Assembly: GCA_944392555.1 (NCBI GenBank)
Contig: CALXWZ010000004.1
Span: forward strand, 26,525-90,524
DNA length: 64,000 nucleotides
Reading direction: 5' to 3'
Origin: an uncultured Alphaproteobacteria bacterium
GTDB taxonomy: Bacteria; Pseudomonadota; Alphaproteobacteria; CAAHEQ01; UBA3637
The position numbers were made by a program, and so were the translations under genes. Shown piece after piece: positions 51,511 through 63,900 of this stretch. Below the pieces are notes generated by a model. The model saw only the letters and a list, made by a program, of their open reading frames with translations. It did not search any database and was not told the origin of the DNA. The stretch's first letter is position 1. The number at the start of each line of letters is the position of its first letter.

Positions 51511-52379
51511 AGAAGGTAATGGGTATCGGTGTTGTGATTTTATTCCTGATGTGTGTTGGGTTGAGCGGGGAAGCACTTTCTTCCGAGTGTTGCCCATCTC
51601 CACCCTCATGTGTGCCGACATTGGCTTGCCCACTAGAAAAAGTCGGCGGGCAAACTTTTCAGGAAACGAATAAGGTTATTCAAAAAGTTTCAACCGCCTA
51701 TGAAAGCGTTTCGCAGGCTTATCGGAAAGTCACAAAAACAATTTCAAAAACGCGTAAGGCCATTGTTTCAGCAGTTGATAACGTGAAGGATGCCGTATCC
51801 GATGCAGCGAAATGGCCGCTGGAATATGTGGGCGAACAAGCGGGCCTTTTGAAAGAGGAGGAAGAGGATAAGGAAGGCGTTACGCAAGATAATTCGCATA
51901 GCGATACAACAAAAGTGAGCGAACGGATTACGAAGAATTTAGAAACGTATGAAGAAGAAATAAAAAGCGACTATGCCAGCGAGTATTTTACGGTTGAACG
52001 CCGGCGTTATATTCGTCAACAAGCAACGATTACTCTTATGGCTCGGATGTTGACAATAAAAGCCAAGTTAAAAGATTTAAAAGAATTGGTTGATGAGGTT
52101 TCCGGAGATGTAGAAAAAAGTGAAGAACAGGCGAGTGCTGCTTCGGACGGTTCAATGGATACGGCTAAAAATAATGAAACGGTTATATTGAAAGCCAATC
52201 AGCAGTTAAGATTAATCTGGTTTAAATTGTTGGCCTATCAGCGCACGATTGAAGCAATTAAATTGGAGTTTGCTGCAAATCAATCCATTTCGGGAATGAA
52301 AATTGTAAAGAAAGTTCCGGAAATACAGTCATCCGGTTCTGATGGCGGTGGAACAATTAAAACAGCGGGGGATAAATAA
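51507..52379 (+). CDS. Exported helical protein (possible VirB5-like)
   Basis: Signal peptide, short Cys/Pro segment, helical remainder; overlapping start/stop. Confidence 0.6.
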   Translation: MKKVMGIGVVILFLMCVGLSGEALSSECCPSPPSCVPTLACPLEKVGGQTFQETNKVIQKVSTAYESVSQAYRKVTKTISKTRKAIVSAVDNVKDAVSDAAKWPLEYVGEQAGLLKEEEEDKEGVTQDNSHSDTTKVSERITKNLETYEEEIKSDYASEYFTVERRRYIRQQATITLMARMLTIKAKLKDLKELVDEVSGDVEKSEEQASAASDGSMDTAKNNETVILKANQQLRLIWFKLLAYQRTIEAIKLEFAANQSISGMKIVKKVPEIQSSGSDGGGTIKTAGDK

Positions 52380-53944
52380 TGAATCAAAAGAAAACAAGAT
52401 GCGTGCAGCACTTGCTTTGCGGGGTGATGACGGGAGCAATCATTTTCGCAGGTTTTTCGGTCGGGCAGGCGATGGCGCAGTTTGCACAAGTTCAGCCTTA
52501 TATTTCTCCTAAAAAAGAAATAACGGTGCCTGAAAATTATCAAACGTATTTATTAGAAGCCATGCGTATTCATGCAACTCAATATCAGATGAATACATTA
52601 TTGTCCACAACACATGCAAATGTTTTGGCAACGGATGCACAAGTGGCTGTGTTGGATGAGCAGGTGACGGCTTTGAATACGTGTAATGAAGAAAGATTAT
52701 CCGATGTTTATCAAAATCCGAAAGAGGCATGGGATAAAATGACAAGCGAGTATACGAATCGTGTGAATAATTTAAAAATTTACATAAACGCTTCCGAGCC
52801 GAGTCAAGCCGAAGATAATGCAGAGCAAGCGTTTCCGACATGGCGTGTCGGCAGAGAAGTGTTGATAGATGTATATGCCGAGCCTGAAAAATACGGAACA
52901 TTGCGTTCGCCCGACAGCGGATTTAAGCGCTGGAAAGATCAAGATTATATTTATGCCGAACAAGTGAATAATTTTTTGGTTGATGTTGTGCAAAAATTGG
53001 GTGTTTCTGCTGTGCCGGGTGTTTCTCGTGAAAATACATACTCTCAAAATGCTCAGGCGTATCAAGCATTTCTTGCCGATATGCGCAAAAATAATACGCA
53101 ACGGTATAATCGGTTAAGCAAGGAGCAACTTTCGTTCCCGTTACCGCCGGATCCATTGCCACCGGCAAATGAAATTATTAAGTTGACAGAGGATTCTTCA
53201 CAAGGCCAACTTTTCCCCGCCATGCCGGATCCGTGGGCGTATTATATGAAAAATCCAAATGTCAAACGATTGCCGAACGGGGAAATGAATGAGTATTATC
53301 AGCCGGATTCTTTGCGTTTGCGAATGGATGTGGCTTCCAAGAACATAGATAATCGGTTTGAAGTGTTTCAGCGCAAGAAAACAAGTTTGGCAACAACAAA
53401 AGAAACGGCTCGCTTGCATCGATTGGCGCAAGATAACGAAAAGGTGGCAGTTGAGAACAGTTTGAAACAATTAGGTATTCAAATGCCGTTTGATATTGAG
53501 CGCCCCGAAGCGCTTAAAGACGAATTGCTGAAACGCAAACGCGCTGCCATAGGAAAAGCGCGCACTTTATTGGCCGAGAAAGCAACGTATGATGCTTCCG
53601 GCATGAGTGATAACCTTGTGAAATTCCAATCATTAACATTGCAGGATAAATTAAAAGCATTGGATGAAATTGATCGTAATTCAGAGGACTATGCAACGGC
53701 AATTACACTTTTAAATTCGGATCAAAAAGTGCAAGATGAAATCTTTTTGGATGCTATGGAAAAAGATATAAACGGTGAAGCAATGTTGACGCAAGTGAAT
53801 GCAAAAGATGCGGAGCAATTAGTAAAGGCCGCACGAGCACAAGGCGCTCTTGTGCGCACCATTCAGGAAGAGCAACGCAAATATTTGGAAAAAGAACGCG
53901 CTAAAAAACTGAATGCCGATTGTTTTTTTGACGGTGATTTATAA
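52379..53944 (+). CDS. Exported hypothetical protein in the T4SS operon
   Basis: Signal peptide ending AMA-Q; 521 aa; translationally coupled. Confidence 0.7.
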   Translation: MNQKKTRCVQHLLCGVMTGAIIFAGFSVGQAMAQFAQVQPYISPKKEITVPENYQTYLLEAMRIHATQYQMNTLLSTTHANVLATDAQVAVLDEQVTALNTCNEERLSDVYQNPKEAWDKMTSEYTNRVNNLKIYINASEPSQAEDNAEQAFPTWRVGREVLIDVYAEPEKYGTLRSPDSGFKRWKDQDYIYAEQVNNFLVDVVQKLGVSAVPGVSRENTYSQNAQAYQAFLADMRKNNTQRYNRLSKEQLSFPLPPDPLPPANEIIKLTEDSSQGQLFPAMPDPWAYYMKNPNVKRLPNGEMNEYYQPDSLRLRMDVASKNIDNRFEVFQRKKTSLATTKETARLHRLAQDNEKVAVENSLKQLGIQMPFDIERPEALKDELLKRKRAAIGKARTLLAEKATYDASGMSDNLVKFQSLTLQDKLKALDEIDRNSEDYATAITLLNSDQKVQDEIFLDAMEKDINGEAMLTQVNAKDAEQLVKAARAQGALVRTIQEEQRKYLEKERAKKLNADCFFDGDL

Positions 53945-53960
53945 CGGAGATTGAAAAAAG

Positions 53961-54599
53961 ATGTTTTCAAAATTACGCACACAAAATCTCGTTTACGGTA
54001 TGGGAGAGGGATTAGCCAAATTCTGGATGGTAATTGCCTCCATCATCATCGGTATTAACTTGTTTTTGATTTTAACATTGATACAAATGGCGCCGAAATT
54101 ACAAGTGATTGCGCAGATATTAACAACATCGCCCATGCAGTCAAACCAGCTATTGCAAACGGAACCCTTTTCATATAATGCGGGAGATAAAAAATTAATT
54201 GATGAAACGCTGATACGTTATTATATGGATGCGCGGTATACCTCATTTCAAGATAAAGACGAAATGCAACGACGCTGGGGCGGGGCAGGACCGGTGGCAA
54301 GGCTTTCAACACAGGATGTCTATCGTAAATTCGCAGGCGATTTAAAGGAAAAATTAACGGCGGTAAATAACTCAAATACCACGACGAATGTTGATATTAT
54401 TTCAATATCGCGATTAGATAATATTTTTACGATTGAATTTGATGTATATACATACGGACGGGGAAATGTGCGTTCGCAAAGGAAGGTTGCCGTTGTGACT
54501 GTCGGATACAATCCGGGACGGCGCTTTTTCAATGCTTCTTACTCAAATCCGTTCGGGATGTTTGTAAAATCATATCAAGAATCAGTGAAAAAAGGGTAG
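53961..54599 (+). CDS. virB8: Type IV secretion VirB8-family protein (copy a)
   Basis: Single N-terminal TM, IRYYMDARY, C-terminal NPFGMFVKSY motif. Confidence 0.75.
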   Translation: MFSKLRTQNLVYGMGEGLAKFWMVIASIIIGINLFLILTLIQMAPKLQVIAQILTTSPMQSNQLLQTEPFSYNAGDKKLIDETLIRYYMDARYTSFQDKDEMQRRWGGAGPVARLSTQDVYRKFAGDLKEKLTAVNNSNTTTNVDIISISRLDNIFTIEFDVYTYGRGNVRSQRKVAVVTVGYNPGRRFFNASYSNPFGMFVKSYQESVKKG

Positions 54600-54675
54600 A
54601 AGATTGCTTTTTTTGTTTGATTCTTTTTTTTTCTGTGATAAGGTAGAGAGGCAAAACTGATTGAGAGAGGGTAAA

Positions 54676-54855
54676 ATGAAAAAGAAATTATTTGTTTTGT
54701 TATTCTTGGGAATGGTTGCATTTGTGGCGGCTTGCGGGTCGGTTTATGAAAAAGAACCGGTCGGTATCGGTGCGGATTATTCGGAACTGAAAAAATCGCC
54801 GTGTGCCTGTTTGCAAATTGAACAAATGCCACAAGTACCGTCTTGGTTCTTATAA
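54676..54855 (+). CDS. virB7: Small lipoprotein, VirB7-like
   Basis: Lipobox VAAC, LKKSPCAC motif as in rickettsial VirB7, position between two virB8 genes. Confidence 0.65.
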   Translation: MKKKLFVLLFLGMVAFVAACGSVYEKEPVGIGADYSELKKSPCACLQIEQMPQVPSWFL

Positions 54856-54886
54856 CGTTAACGGGTGAAAAAATAAGGCGGGTTGA

Positions 54887-55576
54887 ATGGCGAATCAGGA
54901 ATACGGAAGTCCCATAGGGGAGGATATCTCCGAAGAGGGGATGCGTGAACGGCGGTATTTATGGATGGCGCGCACATTTGCGTTGGTGGCCGTTGTTTCG
55001 TTTTTAAGCACAATTATGTTAATTATGGCTTTATATTCCTTGTTGCCGATTGTGCGTGTTCAACCGTTTTATTTAACAACGCTGAATAAGGATCAACAAG
55101 TTATCAGTGTTGTGCGACCGAATTTTCGTCAAATCAACATGCAGTTGTTAAGTGAATCGTTTATTCGGCAATATATTTTGGCGCGTCTGACCGTTGGCTC
55201 AAATATTGCCGAACTGGAACGGCGCTGGGGGATTGATGGAATTATTAACTGGATGAGTTCGGCCGTTGTGTATGAGGAATTCAGTAAAACAGCCGACATT
55301 GCCCTAAATCAAGCACGAAATGACGGGTTAACGCGCAATGTTAAGATACTGAATATTGTCCCGTTAAGAGCGGAGCAAAGTGGTGGAAACGTTTGGCGGG
55401 CAGAGATTGAATTGACTGATATGAAATACGGTGACTCCGCGCCTGTCAGAACGCGTTGGCTTGTGACGATGAAGGTTGAATTTCAAACCACCAGAAAGGG
55501 TTTAACGTGGGAAAAGCGTCTTAAAAATCCGCTGGGTTTTACGGTTGTCAGATTTGGTATTCAAAAACTTGATTAA
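54887..55576 (+). CDS. virB8: Type IV secretion VirB8-family protein (copy b)
   Basis: TM helix, VQPF, FIRQYILAR, C-terminal KNPLGFTV. Confidence 0.8.
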   Translation: MANQEYGSPIGEDISEEGMRERRYLWMARTFALVAVVSFLSTIMLIMALYSLLPIVRVQPFYLTTLNKDQQVISVVRPNFRQINMQLLSESFIRQYILARLTVGSNIAELERRWGIDGIINWMSSAVVYEEFSKTADIALNQARNDGLTRNVKILNIVPLRAEQSGGNVWRAEIELTDMKYGDSAPVRTRWLVTMKVEFQTTRKGLTWEKRLKNPLGFTVVRFGIQKLD

Positions 55577-56178
55577 CGGTCTCAGAAATTTGTTATATGG
55601 TTGTTGGGTGCAGGGATAAAGCCTTTTGTATGCCGAATAATTGAAAGCGCTCCTGTTTGGGTAGCGCTTTTGCTTACTTATGAGTGCGAGCAAGCGCAAA
55701 CGATGGGCGCAAGCGGGTTGAACGATTTGGAGCCGATTATATTTATTTTGTTTTTTTGTATGGAATGCGTTGTTGAACGGCATGAAAATTAAAAAATCAT
55801 CTGCCCGTCAAAGAAAGTCAAGAAAAAAAGTAATTGTCGGGTTGATTTAAAGTCGGTGCATAAGAAGTCGCTTTACGTAAAAAAATAACAAGATAGTGCC
55901 GGTATTGTAAAACTTTTTAATTTTTTTAAGGAAGAAATAATGAATCGCAAATATTCCATCCTTATCGGAGCAACTTGAAAATAAATGTTGGAATCGATTG
56001 ATAACTTGCTGAATTTTAAGCGGTGAAAGGCAGGTATTTTTGTTGCGATAAGGTGTTATTACCCAAAAATGAATAAAAACATAAAAAAAATCTGTTTTCC
56101 GTGCATTTTTTGCTAGACTTTTAGGGCTTTTTGGGTCTATTCTATGCACAGGATTGTAAATTTCAGAGGAGAAGGTTA

Positions 56179-57912
56179 ATGTCAAAACAAAAATCACACA
56201 GAAGAATTTGGCTTGCAACCGTTGCGATGGCATTGGTTGTATCCGTAAGTGCAACGGCACAATCCATTTTGCCGGCAAATGTGGAAACGGAACAAATGAT
56301 GGATGCCATTGCGCAAACGAACGGAGAATTTGATTCGGTGAATATGAATTACATGCATTCGCTCGGTATGCAACAAAAAGCGTGGAACGATCCGCTTTCG
56401 CATATGGGAGAAGGGCAATCCAAACCGGGATATTCAAAATATACGTGGACGCCAGATGTTATCTTGCCGATTCGTTTACGGGAAGGGATGATGACATTAA
56501 TTAATCTGCCGACATGGGAGTTGATTGAAAAAGTGCATATCGGTTCGCCCGAATCGTTTGGTGGCGAAATTGCGGCTCCGAACTCATTGCTTGTTTATGC
56601 CGATCCGTCGTATTTGGGGGTTGACAGCAATATGATTATTTTCGGCCGTTCGGGGAATCGCTATGTGTTCTATTTGCGCTCTGAAACATACAATACGGAA
56701 AAGATAACGCAATCGGTTGTGGATGTGCTTGTCGGTCCGCGGTATACGCCTGTTGAATACGGGGGAAAACTCGGAAATTTTAACGGAGCCACGACAACGG
56801 CAGGTTCGGGGACATTAACGGGATCCGGCTCTCCGGCATGGGCAAGCGGTCGTGGCAGCGGACAAAATCCGCAAATCGGTTTAAATACGGCTTCAACGGG
56901 TCCGAAAGATTGGTTAAAGAACATACCGGTTGATCCCGAGAGCTTTCACTTTGATATAGATATGTATTTGCCGAATCCGGCAGATGTTGATATTGCACCG
57001 GATAATGTTTGGCGCGATAACATTTTTACCTATATTGATTTCGGACCGAAGGCTTTAACAATGACACAACGCCCGATTGTGAATTTAATCGTGCAAGATA
57101 CGGAAGTGCCGGTCGGTTTCCGCACAAGCGGTCCGAACAGTCGGTTAATTGTCGTTGAAGGTATCGGGGATATGGTTTTACGGAATGGGCAAAAAATTAT
57201 TTGTTTAAAATTACGGCGTGATCCTTCTTCCGGATTAGAATATACGGATTACAGCGGATCGCAGAGTAATTCTATTACAAAGCCCTCAACGATTAGTCGC
57301 GAACCGGTTGATTTGATGCCGAAAGCGCAAAATGCGCCCGAAGCACCGACGGCGGAAGAGACAAGTGTTGCGCAAAATAATGCGCGTCAGATAGAAGCGT
57401 ATATGAATAATTTGCCGGCAAGCGGAACAACGGCTTCGGCAACGGCGCAACAACAGACAACAGCACAGGCAACAACGATTACCATTCCGCAACAAGCAGC
57501 CGTTATTTACGAACAAAATATGGCTCCGTTGCCGGCCATTCCGGCGCAGGTAATGAATTCACCGTCGGCATCGGCCAACATTGTCGGGGTTATTAATGAT
57601 GTTGTATCTACATCACCCGCAACGGCCTCAACGAATCGAGCCATGGTTGATCGGGAAACGATTTCGGTTGAGTTAGGCACGAATGCAGATATTTCGGCGC
57701 TTGAATCGATATGGGAAACAATCTACACACAAAATCAAGATACGTTGAAAGGATACGAACCGTATTATTCCGTTGATACAACGGCAGACGGCGGTGTGCG
57801 CGAGTTGTTCCGTTTGCGTGTCGGACCGGTGAAAGATGTGGATACGGCGGACAAGTTGTGTAAAAAACTCGGACGCAGAGGATTTTCTTGCTCGGTTATT
57901 CGCGTTCAATAG
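56179..57912 (+). CDS. virB9: Type IV secretion VirB9/TrbG-family protein with low-complexity linker and C-terminal SPOR domain
   Basis: Signal peptide, NRYVFYL, IAPDNVWRDNIFTYIDFG, LRNGQKIIC, and C-terminal FRLRVGPV...ADKLCKKL...C. Confidence 0.8.
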   Translation: MSKQKSHRRIWLATVAMALVVSVSATAQSILPANVETEQMMDAIAQTNGEFDSVNMNYMHSLGMQQKAWNDPLSHMGEGQSKPGYSKYTWTPDVILPIRLREGMMTLINLPTWELIEKVHIGSPESFGGEIAAPNSLLVYADPSYLGVDSNMIIFGRSGNRYVFYLRSETYNTEKITQSVVDVLVGPRYTPVEYGGKLGNFNGATTTAGSGTLTGSGSPAWASGRGSGQNPQIGLNTASTGPKDWLKNIPVDPESFHFDIDMYLPNPADVDIAPDNVWRDNIFTYIDFGPKALTMTQRPIVNLIVQDTEVPVGFRTSGPNSRLIVVEGIGDMVLRNGQKIICLKLRRDPSSGLEYTDYSGSQSNSITKPSTISREPVDLMPKAQNAPEAPTAEETSVAQNNARQIEAYMNNLPASGTTASATAQQQTTAQATTITIPQQAAVIYEQNMAPLPAIPAQVMNSPSASANIVGVINDVVSTSPATASTNRAMVDRETISVELGTNADISALESIWETIYTQNQDTLKGYEPYYSVDTTADGGVRELFRLRVGPVKDVDTADKLCKKLGRRGFSCSVIRVQ

Positions 57913-57995
57913 AAGAGCGGCATCGGGACTATCCCGATGCGCGCGCTTTGCGCAAAATATGATGGTATTGTATTATTGAAAGAAGTAGGGTTAAT

Positions 57996-60900
57996 ATGCC
58001 AGAAAATAGAAGACAAAGCACCTCAGAACAATATATTAAAAAAAGCAATCGGAAACTGCTGTTCGGTGGGATATTGCTTTTATTTGTTTTTCTTATCGCA
58101 TTAGCGTTTATGTCTGAATCCAGGCGGCGCGGAGGTGAGGAATCTTCTATTAACTATGTGATAGAGCCGATTGAAAGCACGCCGACCAATACGGTTGAAG
58201 GTGATTTGTTTGCGCGCGGAGATGCTAAATTGAAGTTGGATCCGGCGCAAATTGATATGGATAATGTGGTTATCGGTTCGCAAGTGGAGGCTATTTTAAC
58301 TTTGACGGCTGAAAATACGCCGATACAATTTTTAGGCATGGATTTGGCGGAGGAGCAAACCGATGGATTTAGATTGGAAACAACATGTTCGCCCGATAAT
58401 CCGATTGAAGTCGGTAATACATGCATTATTAAGGTATTATGGAATCCGGTATCGTTGCGTCAGTTGCAAAATAATTTAACGATTCGGTGGAAAGAATATT
58501 CGCAAACGGCATTTCGCGAACAAACATCGGTTGTGCAGATTAAGGCGCAATCAACCGATTCGAAAGACTGTGTGATTTGCGAAAATGTGAATGCCCAAGA
58601 AGTCAAAGAACCGCGCATGGCGATGGGCCTGAACGGTGAGTTATACGAGGTAGACGGTGAAGGCTATATCACATTGCCGGATGGCACGCGGTTAAAAGTG
58701 ACGGAGAACGGCGTTGTTACTGATGATCAAGGAAACATCGTTGCGGTTGTTGAACCGGAATATATTGCGTTGAATATGAATAACGATTTAATGGGCAGTA
58801 TATCCGATACGAACGAAGTTATCGGTGCAAACGGTGAAAAATTCGGCAGAATGCTGGGAGATAAAACGATTGTTGATCCGAAATTAAATGTATTGGGGGC
58901 TGGAATTCCCGTTGTGTCGGTCATCAACGCACAAGGCAATGTTATCGGCAAAATGACGAAAGACGGCACGGTGGTTGACGGACAGAATAAAGTTGTCGGT
59001 AAAGTTTGGGTAGACGGGCAAGTTTTCTCGCTGGAAGGACAGCCGATGGGTTATGTGCGCCCATGGGGATTGGTTTCTGATTTTACGGGGAAAGTTATCG
59101 GCGCAATTATTCCGGACGGAACGGTGATTGACGGTAAAAACAATACGTTAGGACGAATTATGCCTAACGGGTTTGCCATCGGCAATCAAGGTGATCTTAT
59201 CGGTGCAACGATTCCGACAGGGGTTGGTATTGGATCGGGCTGCCAATTGGCAGGGAAAGTATTGTTGAATGGCGATGTAAAAGATTCATATGATCAGACG
59301 ATGGGAAAAGTGATGCCGGACGGGGCGATCGTTAACACAGACGGAGAAGAACAAGGTGCTGTTATTCCGCAGGGGCTGGTTATTAATGAAAAAGGCAAAG
59401 TTGTCGGTTTTATCAATTCCGAAGGGAAGGCTGTGAACGGAAAAGGAGCTATTATCGGGTGTGTTAATCCGGACGGGACGGTTGTTGCCGGCAAGAAATC
59501 AGTTGGGGCTGTTATGGCACGCGGACATGTCATCGGTTATGGATGTCAAGCTGTCGGTTCGGTATTTCCGAATGGTGAAGTTTATGATAATACCTTGAAA
59601 TCGTTGGGTCGAGTGATGCCGGATCGATTTGTGAGAAATAATGAAAATAAAATTATCGGTATTGTTGCAGCGCGTGGAGCAGCGGTGGCAGATGGTTGTC
59701 GCTTATTAGGATTGGTTTCATTGACGGGACAAGTCTTGGATATGCAAAATCAGCCTGTCGGTTGTATGACGCCTGAAAAAACAGTTATTAACAGTTCGGG
59801 TGAAACAATCGGAAGTGTTGCGCCGAAAGGAAGTGTTTATGACCAAAACGGTGCTTTGCTCGGTCGTGTCGGTTTTGACGGAAAAGTGCGTGATAAAGGC
59901 GGGAATGTTATCGGATGCGTGAATCCGGACGGAACGGTGACGGATACAAGCGGTAAGTTAATCGGTGAAGTATCGCAACATGCGCCCGGTGTTATTGTTG
60001 ACGGTTCGGGTAATCCGACGGGTTGGAGTAAAGTTGGAAATAAAATTTTTGATATTAACGGGAATGAAGTCGGTATTTTAAATAAGGACGGAGTTATTGT
60101 ATCCGAAACGGGTAAATATGTCGGATTTATTCCGAAAGACGGACACATCTTTTCGCCTGACGGATTGATTTTGGGTCGCTATTCCTCTAAAGTGGGGTAT
60201 GCCGTTAATCAAAATAATGAACGATTTGCAAAAATTTTATTTGATATGACGGCTATCAGCGGTGATACGGGAGCAATCGTTGGAGCATTAATTCCTGATA
60301 ACACGGGGTTTGTTGATAAAAACAGTGGCTTTCTGGGGCAAGTCCAAATGGATGGGACGTTGCGAAATAAAGACGGGTCGGTTATCGGCGCTATTCGCGC
60401 AGATGGAACCGTGATTGATAAAGACGGAAATGTTATCGGCTTCAAAGTAGTTGAGGGCAATGTTGCGACGGGTAATGGAGTTGTCGTTGGGACGGTAGAT
60501 GCAACAGGTGCTGTTTTATCGGAGGCTAAAACAGAAATCGGACATATTTTAGGGAATGGGCTTGCTGTTTCATCTGACGGAAAGAAGTTAATCGGCGGAG
60601 TGGTTCCGCAATCGGCTTTGGCAATGGATGCCCGCGGATTGGTCGGCTATTTAAATGCCAAAGGCGAAGTGCAAGGGCTTTCGGGTGAATATGTCGGTAA
60701 AGCAACGCCGTTCGGACTTGTTCTTGCCGATGACGGGACGGTTGTTGCTCAATTGGTGCGCTTGGGTGTTTTTGTTGATGAAAACGGTAAGACGGTCGGT
60801 TGGACTTCACTGGAAGGCACGCTGACGGGAACGGATAATAAGCCTGCCGGAAAGATAAACGTGAACGGATTAGCGTTTGATCGAATGAATAATTTATTGG

Positions 60901-63900
60901 GAAGTATGGTTAAACGCGGTATGATTATCGGCAAAAACGGTGAATTTATCTCTTCCGTTGCTGCAAATAATCGCGTTTTGCAAAAAGATCGTTTGCTGGG
61001 AAGCGCAACGGCGTCACCCTATATCTATACAACGGATAATGTATTATTGGGCCGCTTGTTGCCGGCCGGCGTTGCTGTCGGAAATGATGGGCGGTTGCTG
61101 GGTTGGACACGTGGTGACGGCTCTATCGGTACGCAAAGTGAAACAGTCGGCGCTGTCTTACTTGATAACAGAGTTGTGAACACACGTGGCAATATTTTAG
61201 GATATTATATTCCGCTCGGTAGTGCCGCGTATGATAATGAGGGTAAAACCGTTGGAATTATGAGCATTAACGGAACAATTATTTCGGCTGCCGGACAGGC
61301 GCGTGGTGAATTGCGCGGAGGTAATTATGTGGCGCGTAACGGTGAAATAATTGGTCGCTTGGTATCTGATATGCCATATGTCAGCAATAATTTGTTGGGA
61401 AAAACAAACGGATTGGCTCAGATGACGGGTGACGTTGTGACGGCCAGTAACGGTAAGTCGGTCGGCAATATGATGACGAACGGAACGGTTATCAATTTAG
61501 CGCGTCAGATTATCGGAAAAATGACGATATACGGAGTTCCCGCGACGAATGCGCTTTCACCGATCGGGCAAGCATATTTGAACGGTGAAGTTGTCTCACG
61601 GGCAAAGACGGAAGGAGTTATCAGTGGAACGCAAGCCATTTATAACACCGAAAACAGAATTATCGGTAGTGTGTTGCCGTTGGAAACGGTTATCGGCAAA
61701 ACAGGGAATATTATCGGTCGGCCGACGGGAACGCGCCAAATTGCCGATAGAACAGGCAAGCAAGTTGCTGTTCAAATGACGTTTGGTACGGTATTGATGA
61801 CGGATAACAGTTGGGTCGGCGGTATTATGCCGAACGGAACTGCCGTAAACGATGACGGTGAATTGATTGGAACGATTGCCGGAGACGGTGTTGTATTAGA
61901 TAAAGAAGAATTGTTCGCCGGACGGGTATTGGGCGACGGATCGGTTGCAACTGTTGCCGATCGTGAGTTGTATAATACCATGCCGTATGGCGGTGCGGTA
62001 ACGGCACAAGGTTTGCCGTTCAGCTATCGTAATCGTGTTTTGGGAACAACCTCTATCAACGGTGATGTGGTAGATTATGCCGGAGCAAAAACGAATCGGA
62101 TTTTGGACGATGGAACAATCCTTGGAAAAAGTGAACCGCTAGATGGTGTTGTTTTACCAATCGTTCCGGCCGTTAATTACAATGGTGATTTGCTTGGCAC
62201 GTTGAACGGTAAGGGGCAAATCGTGTTGCCGAATGGCGAAGTAAGTGGCAAGGTTGCCGTGAATGAAACGGTTAAAGGGGCCGGTGAATATGAAATTATC
62301 GGGACCTTGATACCGAACAAAACAATTACGAACGATTGTAAAGTTGTGGGTGTTCCGGCATTAAACGGTCAGGTGATTGATGCGCGCGGAACGGTCATCG
62401 GACGCGTAACTCCCGATAAATGGGCCGTGAATGCTGCGGGCGAACGAATCGGACGCGTAACGCGAGTTGGTATTGTGGTTTCTCCGGATGGAACATACCT
62501 CGGTCGGACGTTGCCTGACTCAACCGTGGTAGATACGGAAGGCATTTCGCTCGGTTGTGCCAGAAATGACGGAACCGTTGTGGATAATACAGGCAATATT
62601 ATCGGCGGAGTGATTGAAAGAGGGCCTGTTCTGGGTAAAGATGGTAAACCGCTCGGACGGGTGAAAGCGAACGGAACCGTGGTTGATGCCAGAGGAAATG
62701 AAATCGGAAAAGTGCGGGCAGACGGTATGGTTATTGATGCTGCCGGTAATGTGATCGGACATGTTGTTCCGAGAGACAGAGAGATTATATACGATGAAAA
62801 CGGCAATATCAAAGGAACGTTCGGTGCGGACGGCACATTCTATGATCCGAAAACGGGAAAACCCGTATTCCGAATTGATAAAGACGGGAATGTGTATGAT
62901 GCCGAAAATAATTTAATCGGCAGATATAAAAACGGTGAATTTGTGGATACAAAAGGCAACGCATTAGACGGCATGACGGTGTTGCTTGATAAAAATGGTA
63001 AAGCTTTCGGAATTGTGTCGGGGTGCGATGTCTTAAATTCCTACGGTGAAAAAATCGGCACGATTTTGGCAAACGGTAACGTTGTGGATTTAAACGGCAG
63101 TGTGTTTGCCAGAATATTGGGTGACGGCACGATTTTACAAGACGGAAAAGTGTTAGGAAAAGTTGCCGGCACAAATCCGCGCCTGGATAGATGCGGTATT
63201 CAAACGCAAGATACACCTTCTGTTAAACAAGTCGGGCGACTCGGCGCAGACGGTTATATTTATGATGAGAACGGTAATCAGATCGGCCGTGTTGACGAGG
63301 ACGGAAATATTTACGATAAAGACGGCAATTTAATCGGTCGTGTCGGCGAGGATGGCGTTATTTACGATGCAAACAACAATCCGATCGGTTACATTGATGA
63401 AAACGGTAATGTGCACTTGTATAATGGAAAAGAGTTGGGTGATTTATCCGGCGGAGCAGGTGACTCGGGGATTGCCGGGCGCGCTATCTATATAGGAAAT
63501 CAAAAGTATGCCGTTTCGGATAAGGGCTCTATTGTAAACAGCGATGGAACGATTATCGGTTATATGGGTGAGGACGGAAAGCCGTATACGCTGGACAATC
63601 GTGTGTTGACGGCCAGTGGTGATGTGACGGGTCGTTCACGCCCGAATGTCTATCGGCGGCCGAAAGTTTCGCAAGAACAGGTTGAAGAGATGAAAAACCT
63701 CTTAACGCAAAAGCGCCAGAGTATGCGTGCCGGTATTAAAAATGTTATTAAGCCGGACGGACGGATTTTGGCCAAAGGAAAACGTCAACAGGCTTCTGAT
63801 TGGGGCGATGAATTTAAGACGGTATCATCATGGCCGGTAGATATGTCGCGGATGATTTTGCAAGATAAAGCCATTCCGGCAGTTATTGTGCGGTCCATTG

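Noticed and set aside
55601-56437. ORFs 55601-55792 (+) and 55847-56437 (-)
   Set aside because: No RBS or motifs; the minus ORF overlaps virB9 and AT-rich promoter-like DNA.
58101-63216. Numerous short Pro/Thr/Ile-rich minus-strand ORFs
   Set aside because: Antisense shadows of the repetitive plus-strand VirB10 frame.
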